32,000 nucleotides of DNA, from contig CAZCAP010000008.1 in assembly GCA_964496765.1 (NCBI GenBank), positions 1,646 through 33,645 of the forward strand, written 5' to 3'. The notes under the pieces were generated by a model. It was not told the DNA's origin and did no database searches. It saw nothing but the letters and a program-made list of their open reading frames with translations. Of this stretch, positions 1 to 7,945 are shown piece after piece. The first letter of the stretch is position 1; every line of letters starts with the position of its first letter. The translations under genes and the position numbers were made by a program. This stretch comes from an uncultured archaeon (lineage in GTDB: Archaea > Iainarchaeota > Iainarchaeia > Iainarchaeales > CSSED10-239).

Positions 1-148
1 AATTAGTTTGCCTCTACTTAGCATACAGAATAAATTAACAGTTTTTACAAAATATTTATTTGCAAGCTTTCTTAATTTCATATAATATCTATGATTTTTC
101 TTCTTTCCCTTAGCTTTCTAATGCGCGTTAACCGAGCGAAACCGGTTA

Positions 149-231
149 CGCAAAGGACGAGATTCGAACTCGCGTAGTCGTGAGACTCCAGCTCTCTAGG
201 CTGGCGCGTTTGGCCACTCCGCCACCTTTGC
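149..231 (-). tRNA. tRNA-Ser, anticodon AGA (A34); type II with long variable arm; CCA not encoded
   Basis: The reverse complement folds as a cloverleaf. Acceptor GCAAAGG/CCTTTGC; D arm GCG-GAGTGGCCAAA-CGC; anticodon stem CCAGC/GCTGG with 7-nt loop CTAGAGA (U33, A34 G35 A36). Variable arm AGTC-TCAC-GACT-AC; T arm GCGAG-TTCGAAT-CTCGT; discriminator G. Total 83 nt. Confidence 0.85.
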
Positions 232-254
232 ATAATATAATTAATGGGAAAAGA

Positions 255-263
255 GTATATAAA
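255..263 (-). promoter_or_regulatory. TATA-box-like element upstream of tRNA-Ser(AGA)
   Basis: Minus-strand TTTATATAC lies 24-32 nt upstream of the mature tRNA 5' end at 231, which is the spacing expected for an archaeal TATA box. In this AT-rich background chance matches are common. Confidence 0.4.
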
Positions 264-269
264 TTGATT

Positions 270-515
270 TTATTTTTCACATTTATCTTTGTTGTTTGTA
301 AACATGCTCTTTGTTACACAAACAAACCAATTAAAGTGTAGTACTATGTGTGTTAGTGAAAGTATAATAAAAATAATTCCTGAAACATCATGTAATTGAA
401 CTAATGTGTGCTTTGGAACTAGTTTTAAAAATAAAATAATTCCTGTTATTGCAACTATTATAAATGAAATTGCAAGCAAGATATCTAAAAAATAATTAAT
501 CTTAATTTTATTCAT
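270..515 (-). CDS. Small two-helix membrane protein, DUF4405-like
   Basis: ATG start at 513-515, 2 nt after the stop of the upstream gene. Two hydrophobic helices with conserved-looking His residues (LVQLHDVSG, LTHIVLHFNWF), as in DUF4405-type proteins. Confidence 0.55.
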   Translation of the reverse strand: MNKIKINYFLDILLAISFIIVAITGIILFLKLVPKHTLVQLHDVSGIIFIILSLTHIVLHFNWFVCVTKSMFTNNKDKCEK

Positions 516-517
516 GT

Positions 518-853
518 TTAATGAACTCCTGAACCAGAATTAACTGACTCTGAGGGGAATAGAAGGGCTTCAACATCATTGTCACCAATTGCAAGTATCA
601 TTCCTTGACTTTCCTGACCCATCATTTTTCTTGGCTCAAGATTAACTATTACTGGTAATTGTTTCCCAACTAAATCTTCTGGATTGTATTTGGTTCCAAT
701 CCCTGCAAGTATCTGTCTTTTAAATTCACCAAAATCAACTATTAACTTTATTAATTTTGTACTCCCTTCTACTTTTTCTGAAGATTCTATTGTTCCAATC
801 CTAATATCAAGCTTTGAAAAATCCTGATAGGTTATGTTTGGTTTAACTTCCAT
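518..853 (-). CDS. tRNA-binding OB-fold domain protein (Trbp111/CsaA/EMAP-like)
   Basis: ATG start; 111 aa. Motifs FSKLDIRIGTI, KLIKLIVDFGE, QILAGIG, DLVGKQLPVIVNLEPRKMMGQESQGMILA are typical of the tRNA_bind domain. Confidence 0.85.
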   Translation of the reverse strand: MEVKPNITYQDFSKLDIRIGTIESSEKVEGSTKLIKLIVDFGEFKRQILAGIGTKYNPEDLVGKQLPVIVNLEPRKMMGQESQGMILAIGDNDVEALLFPSESVNSGSGVH

Positions 854-945
854 AATATCTTCACTTTGTTTTATTTATATCTTTCTTTCCGAAAAATCTC
901 TATATTCTTTTGGATCAAACATTTTCTTTTAAAGAAAAGGTTTGA

Positions 946-1028
946 CGCAGAGGACGAGATTTGAACTCGCGTAGTCGTGAGACTCCAGGTCTCAAGCCTG
1001 GTGCGTTTGACCACTCCGCCACCTCTGC
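946..1028 (-). tRNA. tRNA-Ser, anticodon UGA; type II; CCA not encoded
   Basis: Reverse complement: acceptor GCAGAGG/CCTCTGC; anticodon stem CCAGG/CCTGG with loop CTTGAGA (anticodon TGA). The variable arm is identical to that of the other tRNA-Ser. T loop TTCAAAT; discriminator G. Total 83 nt. Confidence 0.9.
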
Positions 1029-1580
1029 AATAACTGCTCGTGCGGTTAACACACGAATAGAAAGCCTTTACTTAAAAAACAAGCTAAAAGCTCTATATAG
1101 CTATATATAATATATAAGAGATAAAATATATAAACTAAATGTAAACCTAAAAGTAGAAAAAAAATCCCTCCAAGAATTAGAAAAAAAGAAATTATTAAAA
1201 TATTATTCAAGATTAGGGGAATCAACACACATCATATAGAATTTATCTTCACCAGATCAAGGTTATTCCCCTAAACTATCGTTCCTATTCATTATCACCA
1301 TATCTTAATACACCACCCTCCTAGATGAAACAGCTCCCTTTCGCAAAACCCTTTTCTAAAAGATTTTCTTGAGGTTTGCTTGTGACAATCTTCAATCCAA
1401 CTACTATTAGGACTGTCACATATATATTAATGGGTGGGGGTTTGATGTACAAAAAAGAACACCCTGAATTAATAGAATGTACTATAATTCATTTAAAGGT
1501 AAGGTTAAAGCTAAATAAACCCATATTAACCATAAAAGTTAATTGCAACATAACAAGAAACAAAAGAAAAAAATTTAGGT

Positions 1581-2954
1581 TTAAACTAAAAATTTTTCTT
1601 TAGCTATGAAGAAATCAGATAAGAACTCTAGAACCTCTGTTTTAATAAGATAAAGATTTCTTATATCCTGTCCAACAAAGATATTAGTATCTAGTTCACA
1701 GTTTTCTGGAAGGAAGTTTAATAGAACTGTCTTAATATCTGTCATCTCCCTTTGCTTAATTGAATACCATCTATAATCTTTAATGTATGGACCAAGAATA
1801 GCTTTTGTGTTATCTAAATAGTTTTGTGAGTTTTTCATATCACAAACAGGTGGACCAATTACTTGCTTATAGATTGGAAGAACAAGAGATTCAACTAATA
1901 TTATTAAATAGCATTTTGTTTCTCCTTCTTTATAGAATATATCATTTTTTAATATATTAAAATCTAAAAATTCAAGATGAGCTATTATTTTTTTTGCATT
2001 CTTTCTAACCTTTGACCAAACAACTTCTTTTAGCATGTCCTTAACATCAAACTCTATTATTGTTAGTTCAAAGTTATCAAGTAACCCAACCATTTGATGA
2101 TAGGTGATTTGCTTACTTGGTCTTTTAATAAAGAATTCTTTGCTTGGATGCTGTAGGAAGCTTCTCGAAGCTGCAATGAACATTGATAATTGCTTATCAG
2201 AAACAGCTGAAGCAACATTTCTGTTTTCATCAACAGGATCAATAACAACCAATGGATCATTAAACCTAGCTAGATTAATTTCCTGATCCTTAACTAAAGT
2301 AAACTTAATTGGTGCTTCCCAGTTTGCTGCATGTGTTAAAAGAGTTATGAAGTCACCATAGAATAAAATTAATAACTCACATAGATATCCAGAAAAACCA
2401 AATACCTCTGTGTCTGCTCCATAGCAATCAATTGCTTTCATGAACTGTTTAAGTATTCTAACTTCATCCTTTTGGGTTGCTTTCATGTTCTTTAGAACGA
2501 ATAATAGATGAAGAGAGGTTCTATCAACAGCAGAGATTATTTCTTCTCCAGGAGCTATCTTGTAAGCAGGAACCACTTCTACTTTATAATTATTAATTAC
2601 TCCTCTTATGTAGGGGTGCTCAGAATAGGCTTTCTCCCAGAAACAACCTTTGAAAACAGCTTGAGCAGTTGCAAGTCCTTCTTCAACAAACTCTTCTCTT
2701 TTCATGTCCTTTGGATATAAAATAAATATATCAAAATCTTTAGTTTCTGCAAGATTTGTTCCTTTTCCAAAGGAACCAGCAACAATTGCAGATAAATGTT
2801 TACCAGGCATTTTGCTAATCTTATTAATAATTGAATTAGCAAACTCCTCTTCTTCAGCAACTTGTTTGCTTGATGGTTTAATCTCTTTTAATATCTCTCT
2901 ACGAGCTAGCTTGTAGTCTTCAAGCTTAGATTTATCTATATTTAATTGTGCCAT
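1581..2954 (-). CDS. cca: Archaeal class I CCA-adding enzyme (tRNA nucleotidyltransferase)
   Basis: 457 aa with ATG start. Nucleotidyltransferase motif GSFGKGTNLAETKDFDIFILY, then EHPYIRG, VEVVPAY and AVDRTSLH, as in archaeal Cca. Consistent with tRNA genes lacking encoded CCA. Confidence 0.9.
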   Translation of the reverse strand: MAQLNIDKSKLEDYKLARREILKEIKPSSKQVAEEEEFANSIINKISKMPGKHLSAIVAGSFGKGTNLAETKDFDIFILYPKDMKREEFVEEGLATAQAVFKGCFWEKAYSEHPYIRGVINNYKVEVVPAYKIAPGEEIISAVDRTSLHLLFVLKNMKATQKDEVRILKQFMKAIDCYGADTEVFGFSGYLCELLILFYGDFITLLTHAANWEAPIKFTLVKDQEINLARFNDPLVVIDPVDENRNVASAVSDKQLSMFIAASRSFLQHPSKEFFIKRPSKQITYHQMVGLLDNFELTIIEFDVKDMLKEVVWSKVRKNAKKIIAHLEFLDFNILKNDIFYKEGETKCYLIILVESLVLPIYKQVIGPPVCDMKNSQNYLDNTKAILGPYIKDYRWYSIKQREMTDIKTVLLNFLPENCELDTNIFVGQDIRNLYLIKTEVLEFLSDFFIAKEKFLV

Positions 2955-3013
2955 AGTTATCTTATAAATATAGTAACATTAATAATATAAACCTAATCTA
3001 ATTGATTATAATT

Positions 3014-3976
3014 ATGATTAAAGATATACTTTATAAGGAACTTAGGAAGATTAAAGTAAAAGATAAAAGGATAGCAATACAGATTCCAGAGGGATTAAAG
3101 CAATACTCTAGAGAGATACTTGATTACTTCAAAGAAAACAATCCAATTCTTCTTGTTGATCCATGCTATGGTGCTTGTGATACTAGAGATGTGGAAGCAA
3201 AGAAATTGGGTGCAACTCTTTTAATTCATTTTGGGCACGAAGGAATGGGTAAGCAAGCAATTAGAACTATATATGTTCCTCTAAAGTATGAAATTAAGAA
3301 TTCAGGAATTAAATATATTATTCAGGAAATTAAAAAACTAAACTTTAAAAAAATTAATCTAGTTACAACAACCCAATATCTTAATATGATACCAATAATT
3401 AAAAAAGAACTTCTAAAAAATAAAATTATTGTAAATAAAACAAGAGAAACACAGAGAGTTAAAGAACACATGGTTCTTGGGTGTGATGCATCAACGATCA
3501 TTGATAGAACATCACCAATCATTTTTATTGGAGATGGAGCTTTCCACGTTAATAATCTTGCTTTTCTTTATTCTAATCAAAGAATATTCTCAATAAGCCC
3601 AATAGTTAGAGAAATTAAAGAAATTAGAATAAATGATGAATTCACAAGAAAAAGATATGCAATGATTGGAATTGCAAGAACAAAAACAAGATTTGGGATA
3701 TTGGTATCAACCAAGAATGGACAGAACAGATTAAAGCTTGCTCAGGAGATTAAAAAATACTTAGAGAAACATAAAAAACAAGCATACATACTTGCTAGTG
3801 ATTATATTAAAGAAGATTATCTTATTGGAATAGATGTTGAATGTTATATAAATACTGCTTGTCCAAGAATCACCTATGATGATAGTTCTTCATTTAGGAA
3901 ATCGATTATTTCTGCAAGCGAAGCATTAACCTTGTTTGATAAAGAAAAAGAAATTAAGATTGATCAAATAAATTAA
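3014..3976 (+). CDS. dph2: Diphthamide synthesis radical-SAM enzyme Dph2 (2-(3-amino-3-carboxypropyl)histidine synthase)
   Basis: The ORF track starts at TTG 3002; the first ATG is 3014 (MIKDIL...). About 320 aa with three spaced Cys in DPCYGACD, VLGCDAS and NTACPRI, matching the 4Fe-4S ligands of archaeal Dph2. Confidence 0.85.
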   Translation: MIKDILYKELRKIKVKDKRIAIQIPEGLKQYSREILDYFKENNPILLVDPCYGACDTRDVEAKKLGATLLIHFGHEGMGKQAIRTIYVPLKYEIKNSGIKYIIQEIKKLNFKKINLVTTTQYLNMIPIIKKELLKNKIIVNKTRETQRVKEHMVLGCDASTIIDRTSPIIFIGDGAFHVNNLAFLYSNQRIFSISPIVREIKEIRINDEFTRKRYAMIGIARTKTRFGILVSTKNGQNRLKLAQEIKKYLEKHKKQAYILASDYIKEDYLIGIDVECYINTACPRITYDDSSSFRKSIISASEALTLFDKEKEIKIDQIN

Positions 3977-4773
3977 TTATTCTGATCAATGTTTGCATCA
4001 AAGGCGTTGGTATCTAATTGTATGTTTGCATCGATTGGAGTATTACTATCAATTGAATTAGTGTCTAGTGTATTTGAATCATTCATTTTTATCTTGAAAT
4101 CATTTATTGATTTTTCAATCTCTGCAATGTCCTTGAACAATAAACTGGTTGTAAGAACTACTGCTCTTTGAAGCTCATCCTTGGTTTTTGTTTGAATGTA
4201 AATATATCTTTCACCAAGATTAGCATTAACTAGAACTGTTGATTCCTTTAGAGTATCCTTTGGGAAATCAATGATTATTTCAGTTACTCCTGAATTTAAT
4301 AGAGAATAGCACTCTTCTGGGGTTAGTTCTTTATTTTCATAGTAGTCTCCAAGATTTGATTGACAACTAATTGTTGCTCTTGTTTCATCCATAACATTAA
4401 CTATGATTGTTACGTTCTTGTTCTCATAGGCAAGAACAGTTAATAGATAGGTTAATTGGGAAGTGATTTGACTTAAATTATTCATGTCCTCTGGAAGAAC
4501 ATCAAGAATAAGGTAGATGTTTTGATCTTTGGATATACTCTCCATTGCATCCACTAAATAAAAGTCTCCTGATCTAAAGGTTATTCCACTTTCCTTATCC
4601 ACGAATCCATATTTGTTCTTTTGAATGAATGTGAACACAAGATAAGCAAGAACAAGAAGAATAATTATAATTACAACATAGATGAAAATGTTTTTTTTCA
4701 TTTTTTTTTCTTTTGCATGTTGCTTTATTTCCTTTGCGGTCTGTATTTTCGCCTGTGAAATAATTTGTTCCAT
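3973..4773 (-). CDS. Hypothetical single-pass membrane protein with Asp/Asn-rich C-terminal repeats
   Basis: ATG start. Lys-rich N-terminus, one TM helix (IFIYVVIIIILLVLAYLVFTF) and a C-terminal tail LDTNSIDSNTPIDANIQLDTNAFDANIDQNN. No family recognised. Confidence 0.6.
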   Translation of the reverse strand: MEQIISQAKIQTAKEIKQHAKEKKMKKNIFIYVVIIIILLVLAYLVFTFIQKNKYGFVDKESGITFRSGDFYLVDAMESISKDQNIYLILDVLPEDMNNLSQITSQLTYLLTVLAYENKNVTIIVNVMDETRATISCQSNLGDYYENKELTPEECYSLLNSGVTEIIIDFPKDTLKESTVLVNANLGERYIYIQTKTKDELQRAVVLTTSLLFKDIAEIEKSINDFKIKMNDSNTLDTNSIDSNTPIDANIQLDTNAFDANIDQNN

Positions 4774-4786
4774 AATATCACTTCAT

Positions 4787-5281
4787 TTATTTTAAGTTTA
4801 ATTTTAGTTTTAATTCCTTAAGATTCTTAACTTCGTTGTTAGTTGTTTTAATCAATATATATTTTACACCCTTTCCCTTTAAAATTGTTTCAATATACTT
4901 AGTCTCCTCACAAAATAAGTTTTCTTCTATCTTTGCAGGCAAATAATTTCTTTCTTCATACCTTCTTCTTAATAACTTAAGATCGGTTTCTAGAAGAACA
5001 ATTCTTTTGAACTTCATTAGATTACTCTTGGACATCTCTGGCCAGAGATGACCTTCAAAAATTAGATTTTCGTTCTTATGGGTTCTAATGAATTTACTAA
5101 ATTCCTTATTTAGTTTTGTGATATCAACAATATATTCTTTTTCTTGATTATCCTTTTCTCCAAGCTTGTTTGCTAATGAAAAGGATTTATCATTTACAAC
5201 TTTATAGGAATATTCCTTTCCAAGGATCTTAGACAAAGTTGTTTTTCCTGTTCCTGGATACCCTGTGATTAGCAAGTACAT
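4787..5281 (-). CDS. Fap7/AK6-like P-loop nucleoside kinase (putative adenylate kinase, small-subunit rRNA maturation)
   Basis: 164 aa. N-terminal P-loop LITGYPGTGKTT; mid motif NLIFEGHL; RIVLLETDLKLLRRRYEERNY resembles the Fap7/AK6 layout. Confidence 0.6.
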   Translation of the reverse strand: MYLLITGYPGTGKTTLSKILGKEYSYKVVNDKSFSLANKLGEKDNQEKEYIVDITKLNKEFSKFIRTHKNENLIFEGHLWPEMSKSNLMKFKRIVLLETDLKLLRRRYEERNYLPAKIEENLFCEETKYIETILKGKGVKYILIKTTNNEVKNLKELKLKLNLK

Positions 5282-5296
5282 AATTAATTCATCAAT

Positions 5297-7189
5297 TTAT
5301 CTTAGTCTTACACTCTCAAGATTCTGAATGGACATTGTATTAATATGGAACTTCTTTTGAAGGAACTTACCAAATTCTGGACAAGAATCACCATGATTAA
5401 CAAGTATGTCCTTTGGTTTTGGATGAAGAGTTGCTATGTAGTTTAATAGTTCCTGTCTATAGGCATGACCAGAGAATGCATCTGCAGTCTCAATTCTCAT
5501 ATTTACATTCAATGTTTTTGTTTTGTTATTGGAATCTGCTATTGGCATTGATTTTAGTCCTCTTTGTATCTTGTAACCCAATGAATTTCTTGCTTGGTAA
5601 CCAACGAATGCAAGAGTGTTGTTTGGATTATCAGCAAGCTCATAGAAGTATCCGAGAGATGGACCACCAGTTAGCATTCCTGATGATGCAATTATAACTG
5701 CTCCCTTTGTGTTAATTACTGCTTCCCTATTATTTTCCACATTGTCAACGGTTTTGAATAACTTGGATTGGAAAGGTGAGTTGTTTTGTAAGATTCTTGT
5801 TTTTATGTTTTGTTTTAAATATTCTGGGTAGACAGTGTGTATTGCTGATGCTTCGCGTGTCATTCCATCAATGAATACGTTTTCTGTTTTTAGCTTACCA
5901 TGTCTATAGAATTCTTCAAGAACAAGCATAACCTCCTGAGCACGACCAACAGAGAAAACAGGAATTAAAGTTATTCCACCCTTGTCTGTTGTTTCATTAA
6001 TTAAATCAATTAAATCCTGTTCAGATTTCATTCTTGATGGCATAATAAGCTTACCACCATAGGTTGATTCAACAATTAGGGTTTCAAGACGAGGATAGCT
6101 AGCATCCATGTTATTGAAAAGTCTTGTAAATCCAAACTTAATGTCTCCTGAGTAAACTAAATTTAGTTTACCTTCACCTATGTGGAGATGAGCTGAGGCT
6201 GAACCAAGAATGTGTGCTGATGAATGGAAGGTTAATCTTATTCCAGGAGCTATGTCTGTTACTTCTCTAAAGTTTCTTGTAACACAATGTTTAATTGTTT
6301 CCTTAACATCCTCTTCATCATATAGTGGTTCTCTTCCACTCTTGACTGAAACATCAATTGCATCAAACAATAATAGAGCCATCAGGTCTCTTGTGGGCTC
6401 TGTACAATAAACTGGGCCCTTGTACCCTGCTTTAAACAAGTAGGGAAGGAAACCAGTGTGATCAATGTGTGCATGTGTAATAACAACAGCATCAAGCTCA
6501 TCAAGTGGAAATCTTAGAACCCCAAGGAAAGGAGTTTCTTCCTGCCTATCAGCTTGATTAATTCCACAGTCCATAAGTATTTTTGTGTCCGGTGTTTCAA
6601 GTAGAATTGAACTTCTTCCAACTTCCTGGAAACCACCTAGCGCAGTAACTCTTACCCAATCCTTGTTGCTAACTGGGGGAGAATAGATTTTTTTTGCAAC
6701 CTCTTTTAGGAAGTTTTTTCTTTCCTGACTATACTTTAATGTAAAACCTCTAACCTTTTTAAGAATTTCAGAAGGCTCTGTTGGAGCTCTTAGTATCTTT
6801 GGTATCCATTTTGTTTCTGTGATTATGTCCTTTGAAACCTGACCAAGCTTGCCTATTACAACCCCTGGCTTATGAGCTTCAATAACAACCTCAGAGAAAA
6901 CAGGATCAAAGAAAAGAGATTTAACTCCAGCATCTTCTGGAATTAATTGCTTTATTTTTTGTAGAGCTTCAGCAGGATCCATGAGAACAGATTTCTCTGA
7001 TCTTACGTTAATTCTTTTCTTGAAAGCTTCTGCGATTTCTCCAACAACACTTTTATTATCAAAATAGATTTCAGGTGTTGTTGTGTAGATTGCAATCTCA
7101 CTTCCTTCTGCTTCAACCTTTGTATAGTTTACTTTTTTTTCATCAAGCATTAGCATGATTCTTTTTTTTATATCATCAAATATATCCAT
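5297..7189 (-). CDS. aCPSF1 (FttA-type) KH-domain beta-CASP metallo-beta-lactamase ribonuclease
   Basis: 630 aa. The N-terminal ~180 aa are KH-like (VVIGKLGQ), followed by the MBL motif ITHAHIDHTGFLP and beta-CASP region. Length and architecture are typical of archaeal CPSF1. Confidence 0.9.
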   Translation of the reverse strand: MDIFDDIKKRIMLMLDEKKVNYTKVEAEGSEIAIYTTTPEIYFDNKSVVGEIAEAFKKRINVRSEKSVLMDPAEALQKIKQLIPEDAGVKSLFFDPVFSEVVIEAHKPGVVIGKLGQVSKDIITETKWIPKILRAPTEPSEILKKVRGFTLKYSQERKNFLKEVAKKIYSPPVSNKDWVRVTALGGFQEVGRSSILLETPDTKILMDCGINQADRQEETPFLGVLRFPLDELDAVVITHAHIDHTGFLPYLFKAGYKGPVYCTEPTRDLMALLLFDAIDVSVKSGREPLYDEEDVKETIKHCVTRNFREVTDIAPGIRLTFHSSAHILGSASAHLHIGEGKLNLVYSGDIKFGFTRLFNNMDASYPRLETLIVESTYGGKLIMPSRMKSEQDLIDLINETTDKGGITLIPVFSVGRAQEVMLVLEEFYRHGKLKTENVFIDGMTREASAIHTVYPEYLKQNIKTRILQNNSPFQSKLFKTVDNVENNREAVINTKGAVIIASSGMLTGGPSLGYFYELADNPNNTLAFVGYQARNSLGYKIQRGLKSMPIADSNNKTKTLNVNMRIETADAFSGHAYRQELLNYIATLHPKPKDILVNHGDSCPEFGKFLQKKFHINTMSIQNLESVRLR

Positions 7190-7321
7190 ATTATTTTCAC
7201 TTAAATTTTGTTTTATTAGTTACCACTGTAGCTATAACCTTTTATTTTATTGTTTACTTAATTAGTTTAGATAATTAACTTATTTTGTTAATTATCCAAT
7301 TAGAAAAATTGTTTATTAAAT

Positions 7322-7927
7322 TTATTCATATTTTACAACAGGGAGTTCTTCGATCTCGTTCTTTTTAATAACAACAACCTTAACCCCATCTCCGCCAGAA
7401 AAGATATCTCTCTTCTTTGCAGCATTAATTGCACTAACTGCAATCTTAATAGCTTCCTGTGTGCTTAGGTTTTCTTTATAGTTTGCATCAATGGTTGATA
7501 GTGCAAGTTCTGTTCCTGAACCTGATGCAGTATATTTCTTTTCTTCAATTATTCCACCAGCAAGATCAAGAGAATACATTGTAAACCCATCAGCGCTTCC
7601 TGCAAGAATGAATTGAGTATAGAAGGGCATCATCTTGTTTGAGTTTAGAATGTTTGATAAAAGAGTACCGCATGCTTTTGTGCTCATGCTTCTCTTGTGC
7701 TCAAGCTCATAGAGGTTTGCTTGGACCTTTAGATGTCTAACAAGAACAAGGGAATCTCCAACCCCACCAGCAATTGTCATTGCAATGTAGTTGTTTATCT
7801 TGTATATCTTTGTAACATCAGTGTTTGATGCAAGACTACCCATTGTTCCTTTCATGTCCGCAGCAAGAACTATTGCGTCCTTAGCAATTATTCCAACTGT
7901 GGTTGTTCCTGTTTTATAACTATCCAA
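7322..7927 (-). CDS. psmB: Proteasome beta subunit
   Basis: A short propeptide MDSYKTG precedes the catalytic Thr in TTTVGIIAKDAIVLAAD; 201 aa. The start codon is TTG, preceded by AGGTGA 5 nt upstream (sense AAAGGTGAATTGCTTG). Confidence 0.9.
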   Translation of the reverse strand: MDSYKTGTTTVGIIAKDAIVLAADMKGTMGSLASNTDVTKIYKINNYIAMTIAGGVGDSLVLVRHLKVQANLYELEHKRSMSTKACGTLLSNILNSNKMMPFYTQFILAGSADGFTMYSLDLAGGIIEEKKYTASGSGTELALSTIDANYKENLSTQEAIKIAVSAINAAKKRDIFSGGDGVKVVVIKKNEIEELPVVKYE

Positions 7928-7945
7928 AGCAATTCACCTTTTAGT

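Noticed and set aside
191-203. Possible amber-suppressor (CUA) or Leu (UAG) reading of the first tRNA anticodon loop, since CTAG occurs in the loop
   Set aside because: Only the register CCAGC / C-U-A-G-A-G-A / GCTGG gives a 5-bp stem, a 7-nt loop and U33. Shifting the register to place CUA or UAG at positions 34-36 breaks the stem and loses U33. The scaffold is clearly Ser type II, identical in variable arm to tRNA-Ser(UGA).
1046-1228. 60-aa extremely hydrophobic ORF (TTG start) next to tRNA-Ser(UGA)
   Set aside because: It is a translation of a T-rich, near-simple-sequence spacer that more plausibly carries the tRNA promoter region. It has no ATG, no ribosome-binding site, and an Ile/Leu/Phe/Tyr composition typical of AT-rich noise.
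1376-1603. 75-aa ORF in the tRNA-cca spacer overlapping the cca 3' end
   Set aside because: It has a TTG start without an SD, overlaps the cca stop region, and has low-complexity basic sequence. It is kept only as a minor alternative within the spacer finding.
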